Translations under genes and position numbers: made by a program
Notes under the pieces: generated by a model
Told to the model about the DNA's origin: nothing
The model's input: only the letters and a program-made list of their open reading frames with translations
The model's database searches: none
Virus record (IMG/VR): IMGVR_UViG_2724679570_000003
Length of the DNA stretch: 64,000 nucleotides
From: an uncultured virus (IMG/VR IMGVR_UViG_2724679570_000003)
Taxonomy: Duplodnaviria; Heunggongvirae; Uroviricota; Caudoviricetes
Reading direction: 5' to 3' (one strand)
Shown: positions 1-10,342 of the stretch, in pieces
Layout: each line of letters starts with the position of its first letter
Position numbering within the stretch: the stretch's first letter is position 1

Positions 1-285
1 TTAATAATACATAGCCATAATAAAATATATTAATACTCCTGTTATTCCTACACTTAAAGCCCCTAATACATCATTTAGATTATCTCTTATCAAATCCTCC
101 ACTTTAGCAACCTTTAGCCATTTATTCTGTGCTTCTTTTTTAACTCTCCAAGTCTTTCCTAGTACATTTACTTTTATATAAGATTTATTACTTATAGTAC
201 TGTTATATACCTTTTTGCACCTTTCTATACCTTTGATATCCTTTTTACCATCTGAATTATGTGATAAAATTTCCAATTTATTCAC
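1..285 (-). CDS. hypothetical protein, C-terminal TM helix
   Basis: ORF with RBS; hydrophobic C-terminus. Confidence 0.6.
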   Translation of the reverse strand: MNKLEILSHNSDGKKDIKGIERCKKVYNSTISNKSYIKVNVLGKTWRVKKEAQNKWLKVAKVEDLIRDNLNDVLGALSVGITGVLIYFIMAMYY

Positions 286-465
286 TCCTTATTATCAAAT
301 TATTTTAGTTTATAAAATCATTTAAAGATTTATTTAATCTATATTTTTATCTCTTCTGCAATTTTTTCTATAATAGTCTAATAAATGTTCTGAAATATAA
401 TAATAGCACATTACTTTTACCTTCTCTTTTAGATATTTTTATTAAATTTTTTTCTTATGTAATAA

Positions 466-1275
466 TTAACATACCTTAGCTTTATTGTAGCAAGTTATTT
501 CCATTTTTGAATTATCATAATAAACTTTATCATATTCCTTTTGTAATTCTTTTGTTAATCTTATTCTATCTTTAAAATCTTTATATCTAACCTTTTTCAT
601 GATCTTAAATTCTTCTACTTTTTCGTCTGTTAAAAATTCATATTGCTTATTATTTCCATTTATTATAGATTGTAATATTTGTTCTAATAAATTCTCAAAT
701 TTTTCCGTTGTTAATCCTCCATTCTTTTGATTAATATAATTACATAATTTGCCGTTTGTTTTACCACATTTGTCTAAATCTTCTTTAAATTTTCTTCTTT
801 GTATCCTTATTTCTTGGATTTTATTAAAAATAGATATTTTTAATTCATCTCCTAATTCATTTTTAAAATGTTCTATTTTATGTAATAATATGTCTTGTTC
901 TTTATCACATATAGATATTTGTTCATTATTATACTTCCTTTTATCATTCAACATTTTAAAACTACTATAAATATTTTTTATTATATCTTCTGTATTTGTA
1001 TTTACTACTTTTTTAGCGTATTCTTTTAGCTCTGTATCCTTATTAATAATTTCCTTCTGAAACAATATTCTCAATTCTCCATTTTCAGTTTTTCCAACAA
1101 AGTTAATTGTTACAGATTCATTTTTATATTCTTCTTTAACATCTTTGTATAATTTAAGCATATCTTTATAGCTAGATGTATTAATTCCCTTATAGTTAAT
1201 GTCTTCCGTATCACCGTTTAAGTAAGTAATTTTGATACTATAACTTTCATATTTTCTTTTATATTCTTTACACAT
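466..1275 (-). CDS. hypothetical coiled-coil phage protein
   Basis: 269-aa ORF with RBS (AAGGGGA). Confidence 0.75.
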   Translation of the reverse strand: MCKEYKRKYESYSIKITYLNGDTEDINYKGINTSSYKDMLKLYKDVKEEYKNESVTINFVGKTENGELRILFQKEIINKDTELKEYAKKVVNTNTEDIIKNIYSSFKMLNDKRKYNNEQISICDKEQDILLHKIEHFKNELGDELKISIFNKIQEIRIQRRKFKEDLDKCGKTNGKLCNYINQKNGGLTTEKFENLLEQILQSIINGNNKQYEFLTDEKVEEFKIMKKVRYKDFKDRIRLTKELQKEYDKVYYDNSKMEITCYNKAKVC

Positions 1276-1333
1276 CTTTATTTATCCCCTTCTATTTTAT
1301 TTTATTAAATTATTTTATATTGCGTATTATGTA

Positions 1334-1480
1334 TTAAGCTAATTTATACAAATCTAAATACTCCTGAAAACTTTTGTTACTTGTACTGTTTTGCTTTAAA
1401 ATTCTTTTTATAACTTCTTGTCTCTTTTGTCTAAATTGATGACTCGCTTGAGTCTTTAAAATAGCACTTATTTTACGCAT
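1334..1480 (-). CDS. small basic hypothetical protein (48 aa)
   Basis: Own translation MRKISAILKTQ...YKLA; RBS AAGGGGAAGG; below ORF-track cutoff. Confidence 0.5.
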   Translation of the reverse strand: MRKISAILKTQASHQFRQKRQEVIKRILKQNSTSNKSFQEYLDLYKLA

Positions 1481-1495
1481 TATAACCTTCCCCTT

Positions 1496-1699
1496 TTATA
1501 TTATTTTAATTGTAAGTATATCTATATAAATTATGTTTAACTCTTTTTCTGAGACTTCTAAACAAGATTTACAAATATGTTTTTTATGAACCTTATTACT
1601 TAATCCTATTATCTTTCCTTGATTGTTATATACTATGTAAAAATTATTTCTTAAATGTTTTAATTTTGATATTTCTGAAGCTATATTAAACATGAACAC
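1496..1699 (-). CDS. hypothetical protein
   Basis: AAAGGAGTTGT RBS adjacent to start. Confidence 0.6.
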   Translation of the reverse strand: MFMFNIASEISKLKHLRNNFYIVYNNQGKIIGLSNKVHKKHICKSCLEVSEKELNIIYIDILTIKII

Positions 1700-1913
1700 A
1701 ACTCCTTTGTTTAATATTATTAAATTGTTTTATATTGTTTACAATTCTTATTATAACATAAAGGGAAATATATGCAATAGGTTTATAAAGATTTTTATTA
1801 AATTATTTTGAATTAAAGATATAATTATTATATAAAATTTTCTGTTATATAAATATAAAACATAGACAACGCTATCTATGTTTTAAAAAATTATTTTAAA
1901 TAAAATATGCATT

Positions 1914-2129
1914 TTAAACCCTGTTTACAAAATTTTGTGTATATACTTTATTTTTCACTAAATTTCTGATTATTTTTTTGTGGTCATTTGAAACGTCCTC
2001 GGATTTTAAATCTATAATATCTATGCCGAATTCAAAATAAGTATCCCCACTTTTAAATCTGAAAGAGTCATCACTCCATTTTGAAGCAAATTTAATTTTT
2101 CTTTCACTAGCAAACATTTTTATTACCAC
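1914..2129 (-). CDS. hypothetical protein
   Basis: ORF coupled to upstream gene; true start probably ATG near 2117. Confidence 0.6.
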   Translation of the reverse strand: MVIKMFASERKIKFASKWSDDSFRFKSGDTYFEFGIDIIDLKSEDVSNDHKKIIRNLVKNKVYTQNFVNRV

Positions 2130-2460
2130 CTTTTTGTACTATTTCTAATTTATTTATTCTACTTTCTTTAATTTCTCTTTGAATTATACCACTGTCAAAC
2201 ACCAAATTACCAATATAATTGGTATTTACACTCCAAATACATCCACTTTCTTTATGCCTATATTTTTGACCTTCTTCTATTTTTTTACCTCCTATAATAG
2301 CTGATAATACTTTTATACTAGTACAGGTTTGTATATTATCTTCAATTGTTCCAATGTTAAATTTATTATTTAAATAATATTCTTTAGCATTTTTGAAATT
2401 TCCATTAAATTTTGTTACTGTAAAATCTCCGTTTTGATAATTTATTTTTAATGTTAACAT
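2107..2460 (-). CDS. hypothetical early protein
   Basis: AAAGGGAGTTG RBS; sigmaA promoter upstream. Confidence 0.7.
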   Translation of the reverse strand: MLTLKINYQNGDFTVTKFNGNFKNAKEYYLNNKFNIGTIEDNIQTCTSIKVLSAIIGGKKIEEGQKYRHKESGCIWSVNTNYIGNLVFDSGIIQREIKESRINKLEIVQKGGNKNVC

Positions 2461-2535
2461 TTCTCAACAACTCCCTTTGTTTTATTAAATTATTTTGAAT
2501 TACTATGTAAGTTTTATTTCCTCCTGACACTTACT

Positions 2536-2564
2536 ATATTACATTATATTATATACAATGTCAA
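2536..2564 (-). promoter_or_regulatory. sigmaA-type promoter
   Basis: Minus strand TTGACA-17 bp-TAATAT. Confidence 0.65.
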
Positions 2565-2802
2565 CACATTTTATCAAATTATTTTTAATTTAAGAAAATC
2601 TTTTATTTCATCTATGAAAGCTTATTCTAAGCTATTGTAAACGACTTTGATTTTGTAGGTATCCATTACAATAATACATTTTAAATGTCTTCAAACCCTT
2701 TCTGATAAAGTAAGACAATATAAAAAAGCTGATATTACTCAGCTTTTGAAAATTATATTTTATCGAATTGAAGTTTTGTATCCTATATTGATTATTTTTA
2801 CA

Positions 2803-3114
2803 TTATAAATCACATTTGCTACATTCTTTTATATCACATATACTACATGGAATTATTTCTTTTCCACATATTGGGCATACCTGTTTTTTAAATCTGTTTA
2901 ATAAAGTTACCTCATATTCACATTCAGGGCATAATTCATAAGTGATTAAATCATTTATGATATAATCTACATCATCATATGTATAACTTTCTAAAAATTC
3001 GTCTAATGTCTTATTATAGTTATTAATCACTATAAATTCTAAAGTTTTAAAATCTACCTCATGTTTATTATTTTGACCTTCTAAAGTTATTTTGTTATTT
3101 TTCATTTTCAACAC
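2803..3114 (-). CDS. protein with C-terminal Cys-rich zinc ribbon
   Basis: CPEC...CPICG...CSIC...CSKC. Confidence 0.7.
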   Translation of the reverse strand: MLKMKNNKITLEGQNNKHEVDFKTLEFIVINNYNKTLDEFLESYTYDDVDYIINDLITYELCPECEYEVTLLNRFKKQVCPICGKEIIPCSICDIKECSKCDL

Positions 3115-3161
3115 TCCTTAATATTTATTAAATTATTTTTTATTTTTAATTTAAATATCTT

Positions 3162-3782
3162 TTAATTTAATTTGCTCCATTTTAAATTATTTTCTTTTGC
3201 ATATTTTATTAAACAATTAAACATATCTTTTTCTAAATCATATAAATCCACTTTATCATCTAATGGTTCATAATCACTATACCATTCCCCGTTACTACAA
3301 TAGTCTTCAGAACATTTATAAGAAACATAATAATCTAATGATTTTTTACCCTCGAAATTATCAATATTTAACTCTATACAAATATTCCCGAATTCTAAAT
3401 ATGCTATTACTTCCTTATCTTCAATTACATAATCATTAAAATATTTTTTTATATCTTCTATATATTTTGAATATTTATATATATTCATATCTTTAGCTTC
3501 TTCAAAGTTAATATTATATCCTACATATTCTTCTAAAGTTATTAAATCAGTATCGAATATTTTAATACCATTATCCATATCTTTTTTATGTTTTATTTGT
3601 TCAATAAATAAATTACAAACTTCTACTATAGAGGTTTTTTCTATAACATTGGATTCTAAACTTTTTAAGAATAACTTATTATCTTCAACAACTAATTGAT
3701 ACATGTAATCATATAGCCACCAATCTAATATATTTGACACTTTTTTATTTTCTATTATTTCATTACATTTTATATTTAACAT
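3162..3782 (-). CDS. acidic hypothetical protein
   Basis: 206-aa ORF with AGGGAGTTG RBS. Confidence 0.7.
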   Translation of the reverse strand: MLNIKCNEIIENKKVSNILDWWLYDYMYQLVVEDNKLFLKSLESNVIEKTSIVEVCNLFIEQIKHKKDMDNGIKIFDTDLITLEEYVGYNINFEEAKDMNIYKYSKYIEDIKKYFNDYVIEDKEVIAYLEFGNICIELNIDNFEGKKSLDYYVSYKCSEDYCSNGEWYSDYEPLDDKVDLYDLEKDMFNCLIKYAKENNLKWSKLN

Positions 3783-3840
3783 TTAAAAACAACTCCCTTT
3801 TAATATCTCGTGTATATTGACATACAATACTTGATTTTAA

Positions 3841-4029
3841 TTATTTATTTAATTGCCTACAATTGATACAACATTCGTAGCCATCAATAACCTCTCCATA
3901 TGTAAGAGAATTTTCACATTTTTTACAAGTTATATCTGATAATATAATATTATCATCTTCATATATAATGTTAACACCATTGATAATTGAAACTATTTTC
4001 GTACCTTTAGTATTTATTAATTTCTCCAT
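3841..4029 (-). CDS. small zinc-finger protein
   Basis: CKKC...CINC; RBS present. Confidence 0.65.
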   Translation of the reverse strand: MEKLINTKGTKIVSIINGVNIIYEDDNIILSDITCKKCENSLTYGEVIDGYECCINCRQLNK

Positions 4030-4263
4030 TTTTCATACAACTCCCTTTTGATTAATTTCCATTTCTTATCTTAATTATATTTTATCAAATTATTTTAAAT
4101 TAGTCAAGGATTATTTTAATTAAAATTTGACATTTATATTATCTTTATACGTTAGCTGCCATATAGCATAAAAAGAATAATGCTATAAGAAAAATTAAGT
4201 TGCCCATGCTACACCTCCAATTATAGAAAAATTTCTGTTATATAAGGGAATTAACTTTATTCT

Positions 4264-4455
4264 TTACAAGATATTTTGTAATATATGTAAAATCTCTTCT
4301 TTTGTATAGCTTTCTTTATCGCTAGAATTTATTTTCTTTTCTTCTAATTCTATGTTTTTTCTAAGATTAACCCTTCTACTATCGTATTTATTTAAATTTT
4401 CTATGGAATTTATAATCTCAAGCACTTCTGTAACATCGTATATATTATTACACAT
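4264..4455 (-). CDS. hypothetical protein
   Basis: ORF with AAGGTGG RBS. Confidence 0.55.
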   Translation of the reverse strand: MCNNIYDVTEVLEIINSIENLNKYDSRRVNLRKNIELEEKKINSSDKESYTKEEILHILQNIL

Positions 4456-4551
4456 GATTTATAACCACCTTATTAAATTATTTTTTATTATAGGAACTAT
4501 TGGATTTTTTCTGTTATATAGATATATTTTTTTGATAACTCATATCAAAAT

Positions 4552-4851
4552 TTATGGTTGCTTAGTGTTAAATTTTTCAGTAAAATCTTTTGACAATGAT
4601 AAATTTACACTATAAGGTACATTACTCCAATATATCTTATTTTTAAATTTCAAAAGAAAATTTTCAGATAAGTTTTGAAAACATTTTATATAAAACCAAT
4701 CAATATTGTTTTCAAATTCTATAATAAAGTTTTCTGTTAAATTTTTATTTTTGCTTATATTTTCCCAATCAATTTCATTTAAAGTTTCTTTATTTTTTCT
4801 TACAAAATTTTCTATATTATTCATAGTAGCTAAGTCAAAATTTTTATTCAT
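4552..4851 (-). CDS. tryptophan-repeat protein
   Basis: Repeated IDW..IS....L.E.F...F...I.W units; AGGAGG RBS. Confidence 0.65.
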   Translation of the reverse strand: MNKNFDLATMNNIENFVRKNKETLNEIDWENISKNKNLTENFIIEFENNIDWFYIKCFQNLSENFLLKFKNKIYWSNVPYSVNLSLSKDFTEKFNTKQP

Positions 4852-4889
4852 TTTTTTACCCTCCTAAAATTGTTTTAAAACCTACTTGG

Positions 4890-5150
4890 TTATGCAGTTA
4901 AGGTAATTTCGACATTTTCTTGCATGTGCATACTTGCAATATGATTAACTAACGAATCAGTAAATTCATACACAAGTCTTCTTCCTGCCTCATTGTCAGT
5001 AATATATACAGTCTTGTCCCATGCAGGCGATTTTTCAATTGATTGACCTGGCACATAATATTGTACATTGAAATATATCCTTTTCCCATCTATCCAAGGA
5101 ATAGACCTTATTTTGTACGAACCTATCCATTTATCTAATTCCATTTTCAT
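4890..5150 (-). CDS. hypothetical protein
   Basis: AAGGAGG RBS; somewhat higher GC than neighbours. Confidence 0.7.
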   Translation of the reverse strand: MKMELDKWIGSYKIRSIPWIDGKRIYFNVQYYVPGQSIEKSPAWDKTVYITDNEAGRRLVYEFTDSLVNHIASMHMQENVEITLTA

Positions 5151-5381
5151 TTTCCTCCTTAAATCTAATGTGTGGCAATAAATTCATATTATAATTATTA
5201 TTATGGAAACTACACAAAAATTTCTGTTATATATATCCCTATTTTAAATTTAATTTGATAATGTTTTAGGTATAAAACCTACCATTTATATTAATTTTTA
5301 TTAAATTATTTATACATAGAAGTTATAGGAAAATTTCTGTTATACAGGATTCAAAATAATTCCTATAGCTCCTATATATAT

Positions 5382-7217
5382 TTATATTGCCTTTTTCTTC
5401 TGTTCCTTACTTATTAAATACAATACGTATTTTTTAGCAATATCTAAATTTTCGTTAGTTTTGGTATTCCAAACCTCTGCACCTTGAGCATTATATACTC
5501 TAAAACAACCCCAATTTTTTATTATTGTATACCCTTCTAGTTGATGTGCTGTTTTCTCTTTTGTATAACTAGCGTTAGTTAAATCAAATATATTGGCGTT
5601 GGCTTCTCCGTTTATCTCTATCTTAACCCTTTTAAATTTCGGCACTTCTTCTATAGAATTTAAATTATTTTCTAACTCTATTTTTAATTTTTGCTTTTTA
5701 ATATTTATTATTTGATTTTCAAATTGTTCTATTCTATAATTAAATTTATGAATTAATCCACTCTCATACTTCATTTTATTAGTCAACTGGTCTTGTTTCT
5801 TGTTGTATCTGTGAACATCCAAACCCCCTCTACCAGAAACCATCCAAGAAACGTTATTCGCTCTATGTTCTAATACTGCTATATAAGCATTGGTATAATT
5901 CTTTTTAAAGCTTTGTAGTATTGTTTTGGCTTTATATTCAATGTAAGGGGTACATCCTTCTTTATTAACTAACTCTATTACATCATCGTTGGCACTTTGT
6001 AAAGTGCGTTGTAGTTCCTTTGTGTGATCTGTGTCGTGTCTTCTAAACATAGAATTTTCATTTTCTCTTTTGCTTAATTCTTCTGATACTGTATAAGTTT
6101 CTATATCATTAATATCAATAGTAGGATATTTAATATCTTTTATATTTTTTTCTACTTCTGAAACTGTTATAGATTTATTATTATTTTCATTACTTAAAAA
6201 TCCTATTGACTTTAAAAATTCTCTTCTTTCTTCTGTATCTTTAGCAAACCAAATTTTTTGGAATTTTGACCATCTGAAGCCAATTGACTTTATTTGTTCT
6301 CTTATTTCTTGAGATGGTTTATCTGTAAAATGTAGTTCTATGCCTTTTTTAGCTTCATTAAAAGATACAAATACATTTATATCGTTATTTTCTTGCTTTT
6401 CTTCTTGTTTGTTTTCTGTTATATCTTTTTCTTTTGAGTTTTGTTGTTGTGGTTCTTTTTCTGTTATAGTAGTGTTTTTTTCTTCGATAGGTTTAAGTCT
6501 TAAATTTTCTACTTTAATATGTCCGCAATCTTTTGCAATTCTTTCGGCGTCTTCAATATTCCATGCTAGAACACTATAGGTTATATAGCATTCTTCAAAT
6601 AAATAAGTTCTTAATTCGTTCCCTTTTATATCGTCAATTTCTACTGGTTCTAATTCATTATTTTTATAAATGTATTTAACCCCATCAATTACACTTTTAT
6701 AGTCTTTAGAAGTCTTTTCCCATTGCTTAGAAGTTATTTTAAATAAGTTTGTTTGTGTTTGTTCCTTTTCAAAGTCTATAACTTTCATACTTTTATTAAT
6801 TTCTATATCTTTTATAGTTTCTTCTATATATTCCATTAATTCTTTTGATACTCCTGCGTCTTTAGCATCATATAAAACATTTTGACCCATATTGAATTCT
6901 GCAATTGATTGTAAGTTACTTTTTAAATAGTTGTACCATAGTTCTTTATTTGTTTTAATGTCCTTTAATTCTGAAGCTAGAATTTCAACATAATTGTCAT
7001 TTTCATGAGGAAAAACCAACTCTTTCATATAATCATCGTAATAAGAAAAATTTTTATTTTTTCTTATATACCCTTCTGCTCCTCTTTTAGTTTTAAAAAA
7101 ATTTTCAATAGTACAATTGACAACTACATAAACTTTATTATGATATAGTGAATTTGTTGCCTTTCCTAATAAATTTATACTGCTATTTATTTTTTTTAAT
7201 ACTTCATTTTTATTCAT
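5382..7217 (-). CDS. large polyvalent-type early protein (possible anti-host/anti-restriction)
   Basis: 611 aa; GIEL.F..KP...IR..IK..GFRWS....IW and SWMVSGRGG segments resemble polyvalent-protein domains (recalled, not searched). Confidence 0.6.
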   Translation of the reverse strand: MNKNEVLKKINSSINLLGKATNSLYHNKVYVVVNCTIENFFKTKRGAEGYIRKNKNFSYYDDYMKELVFPHENDNYVEILASELKDIKTNKELWYNYLKSNLQSIAEFNMGQNVLYDAKDAGVSKELMEYIEETIKDIEINKSMKVIDFEKEQTQTNLFKITSKQWEKTSKDYKSVIDGVKYIYKNNELEPVEIDDIKGNELRTYLFEECYITYSVLAWNIEDAERIAKDCGHIKVENLRLKPIEEKNTTITEKEPQQQNSKEKDITENKQEEKQENNDINVFVSFNEAKKGIELHFTDKPSQEIREQIKSIGFRWSKFQKIWFAKDTEERREFLKSIGFLSNENNNKSITVSEVEKNIKDIKYPTIDINDIETYTVSEELSKRENENSMFRRHDTDHTKELQRTLQSANDDVIELVNKEGCTPYIEYKAKTILQSFKKNYTNAYIAVLEHRANNVSWMVSGRGGLDVHRYNKKQDQLTNKMKYESGLIHKFNYRIEQFENQIINIKKQKLKIELENNLNSIEEVPKFKRVKIEINGEANANIFDLTNASYTKEKTAHQLEGYTIIKNWGCFRVYNAQGAEVWNTKTNENLDIAKKYVLYLISKEQKKKAI

Positions 7218-7362
7218 ATGTAACGCAACTCCCTTTTAATTTATTTCCGAATTTTAACATAAATTATCAAAACTTTTCTGTTATATGGTTTCATTTTTGA
7301 TAACTCATATTAAAATTTAAGTTAAGGCTATAGGCTGTCATATAGCTATAGCCTAATAATAC

Positions 7363-7635
7363 TTATAACTTTATTAAAATTACTAACATATTATCTTCTA
7401 CATATTGATGTAAAACTGTATTTTCTCCATATTGTTTTTGTATGTTTTCCCATTTTATTAAATCTAATTTGTTATATTCATTTTTACAATTTATTATTTT
7501 TTCTGATACTATATTTCTTTCTTTTATACCTTTTATTTTAATAATTGCATCTACACAAGTTATATCTAATAATTCTTTTAAGTTCATAAGCAATATGACC
7601 TCCATATAATTAATATAAAATCTACATTTTAACAA
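7363..7635 (-). CDS. hypothetical protein
   Basis: ORF; probable start ATG near 7587 after GGAGG. Confidence 0.55.
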   Translation of the reverse strand: MLKCRFYINYMEVILLMNLKELLDITCVDAIIKIKGIKERNIVSEKIINCKNEYNKLDLIKWENIQKQYGENTVLHQYVEDNMLVILIKL

Positions 7636-7922
7636 ATTGTTTTTAATTGGTCTAAATCGTAACTATATGAATCTACTAGTAAAATATTATTATTTAACCA
7701 TTGTTTTATGTCATTGTTGACACTAGAAGAAATATTTTCTTCAAATTCACCATAAAACTTACTATCTATTAATTCACCTTTTTTATTTATAACCATTAAA
7801 CACCTTGTACTTGCTACAAATTTAAAATTTACACAATTAATATTTTTCATTTTTAAACAACTCCTTTTATATTTATTAAATTGTTTTGTATTTGCATGTA
7901 AGTTTTTATTTCCTCTTGACAC
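7629..7922 (-). CDS. hypothetical protein
   Basis: Probable start ATG at 7850 after AAGGAGTTG. Confidence 0.6.
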   Translation of the reverse strand: MSRGNKNLHANTKQFNKYKRSCLKMKNINCVNFKFVASTRCLMVINKKGELIDSKFYGEFEENISSSVNNDIKQWLNNNILLVDSYSYDLDQLKTIC

Positions 7923-8169
7923 TTATTATATTACACCCTTTTTTATATAAAGTCAATACTTTTTTTAAATTGTTTTATATTTAATTTGAAATATTTATTT
8001 TAAAATCCAAAACTTAATATAAGTCATTCTAACCGACTTTAATTCTATAGATATAATCCACCTTAAAATATTTTAAACAGCCTTAAAGGGCTTCTAGTGA
8101 AGTTAAAGTGTATATAAAATTTATTTTTTATTTTAATATATTTAAGAAAATAAAAAAGGCTAGTAAACT

Positions 8170-8358
8170 TTAAATACTAGCCTTTTGTGATATTTGGTAA
8201 TAAGGTTTTTTTAAGTAAGATTGATTAAATAATTTAATTTTATAACCATTTTGTTCTAAAAACTTTAATTCGATTATATTTATTCTATTTGTATCAATAC
8301 ACAAATTTTTATCACCATTATATTTTGTAGCTTTCCTTAGTATATCTTTACAATCCAT
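8170..8358 (-). CDS. hypothetical protein
   Basis: RBS AGGGGGAG; terminator hairpin at ~8155-8185. Confidence 0.6.
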   Translation of the reverse strand: MDCKDILRKATKYNGDKNLCIDTNRINIIELKFLEQNGYKIKLFNQSYLKKPYYQISQKASI

Positions 8359-8426
8359 TTCTAACTCCCCCTAAATTTAATATAAAAGTTGTAATTTATA
8401 AAAAGGACTTTGTAGTTAAGCCCTTT

Positions 8427-8960
8427 TTATAAAGATTTTAGATAGTTTAATATTCCATGTGTTCTAGACTTTCGGTTTTCGTCTATTTTACAATAGTCAC
8501 TTTCTATGTCTATATTATTATAAATATCTTCTAATTTTTTATTTATTTCTTCTGGTTTACTTAAATTAAACTTTAAATCAATAAGCCATTTTGCCTCTTT
8601 CTCTTGCTTTATTGCGAATTCATTTAAAGCAAAATCATCAATGGTATGTAATATATCAGAGATTTTTAAATCATTATTATATAATGATGGATCAAACAGT
8701 ATATTTCTGCATTGTGTCCATACTATCTGTTCGATTGGCATATCTTTCTTTATAGCATTGTAAACTTTTTCTTTTGGTAATTTATCATTTAGTTTTTGTA
8801 ATTCTAAAAAGTTTTCTTTAGTTATTCTATTTTTTACTTTTTTACAATCTTCTTTTATATACTTATGTACTACAGCAAATATGCCATCGTTTATTTTGTC
8901 ATAATCAAAATTTAATATATCCTCTTGATATTTTAAAGCATATTTAACAACTTCTAACAT
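8427..8960 (-). CDS. hypothetical protein
   Basis: AAAGGGAGTTG RBS. Confidence 0.7.
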   Translation of the reverse strand: MLEVVKYALKYQEDILNFDYDKINDGIFAVVHKYIKEDCKKVKNRITKENFLELQKLNDKLPKEKVYNAIKKDMPIEQIVWTQCRNILFDPSLYNNDLKISDILHTIDDFALNEFAIKQEKEAKWLIDLKFNLSKPEEINKKLEDIYNNIDIESDYCKIDENRKSRTHGILNYLKSL

Positions 8961-9409
8961 TTCTTATACAACTCCCTTTTATTTTTATATATTTATTATA
9001 ACTCATATATCCCTTTATTTTCTAGTTAAATGTGCAACTAGATTCTTTAGTATGTAGAAATGCTTTTGACTTGCTATGTCGTCCTTTGACTGTATCTATA
9101 GTATAACAAATTCAAAACAATTTGTAAAAGTGTGTTTAATGCTATTTGAGTTAAATATATACCACTAAATTGTTTTATATTTGTTTATTTCCTTATATCT
9201 CAATATTGCTATATGTTTTATTAAATTATATTAAATTAAAATTATTCTTTTATCTTAATACGTTTTTAAATTAATTTTAAGGCTTTTTAAAGAAATTTGA
9301 AACTTTTATATACAAATACATTAACAATAGATTTAAAATCTATTGTGGAGCTTCTCAGAAGGTTATTTATTATTAATGTAGACAAAATAAAAAACTAGCT
9401 TAAATATAG

Positions 9410-9682
9410 CTAGTTTATAGAAAATAACTTTATTACCGTGTTCTTTTTAGTAGGTTTTAAATATATGAATTTATCCCCTTGTTTTGATTTATTCATATCT
9501 ACCCAAACATTGTTTTTATTTGTGGTAGTACAAAAATAACTATATCCGTTTTCCTTGCAATTGTCCTCAGCTTCTACCATTGAAGTTGCAACTCCTATAA
9601 CACCATTACTATGTAAAAATAAAATTCCTATGGTTGTAATTATTACTGTATTTATAACACTTCTTTTTATTAATCTTAACAT
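9410..9682 (-). CDS. small membrane-anchored protein, paralog of 14096-14344
   Basis: N-terminal TM; shared AEDNC.ENG..Y.C motif. Confidence 0.7.
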   Translation of the reverse strand: MLRLIKRSVINTVIITTIGILFLHSNGVIGVATSMVEAEDNCKENGYSYFCTTTNKNNVWVDMNKSKQGDKFIYLKPTKKNTVIKLFSIN

Positions 9683-9730
9683 ATTAACACAACTCCCTTT
9701 TAATTATGATTAAATTGTTTTAAATTATAT

Positions 9731-10090
9731 CTAATAGACAAGACCTTCTGCTGGAATAGTTATATTTTCTTTTATAACTATATGACCTATTCTATTTATT
9801 TTATATAAGCCTTGCACTACTAAACATTCATCATTTTCACATACTAATGTAAATATAGTGTGTGCTATTCCTTTTTCTTTTAATGTTTTAACTTCTTTAT
9901 TTAAAAAAATATAATCATCAATTATTATTTGTTTATCTAATTTTAATCCCTTTTCATTAGCTATTTTCATAAATTCATTTAAACTTGTTACTTTCATTTT
10001 TAAACCCTCCATTAATCCCATAATTCCTCTATATAATTTGGTGCAAAATCTGTATACAATACAACATCGTATCCGTCTGTATCGATACAT
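9731..10090 (-). CDS. hypothetical protein
   Basis: True start probably ATG near 9997 after GGAGG. Confidence 0.6.
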   Translation of the reverse strand: MYRYRRIRCCIVYRFCTKLYRGIMGLMEGLKMKVTSLNEFMKIANEKGLKLDKQIIIDDYIFLNKEVKTLKEKGIAHTIFTLVCENDECLVVQGLYKINRIGHIVIKENITIPAEGLVY

Positions 10091-10287
10091 ATATCTGCGA
10101 TTTCTTCTCTTTCACAAGATGCCTCCATTATTTTATCATTTATATATTCATCTATTTTCATTCCAAATTTTTCTTGTACATCAGCATTGCTTATAACATA
10201 TTGAAAACCAGACATAGAACTGTCACTTTCCTCCTGTACTGTTTTTACAAGATATTCGGCTATTTCTTCAAATAAATTTTTACTCAT
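10012..10287 (-). CDS. acidic hypothetical protein
   Basis: AAAGGGAGTTG RBS; very D/E-rich. Confidence 0.7.
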   Translation of the reverse strand: MSKNLFEEIAEYLVKTVQEESDSSMSGFQYVISNADVQEKFGMKIDEYINDKIMEASCEREEIADICIDTDGYDVVLYTDFAPNYIEELWD

Positions 10288-10342
10288 TTCCTAACAACTC
10301 CCTTTACATATGATTAAATTATTTTTAATTAAAATTTAAGCT

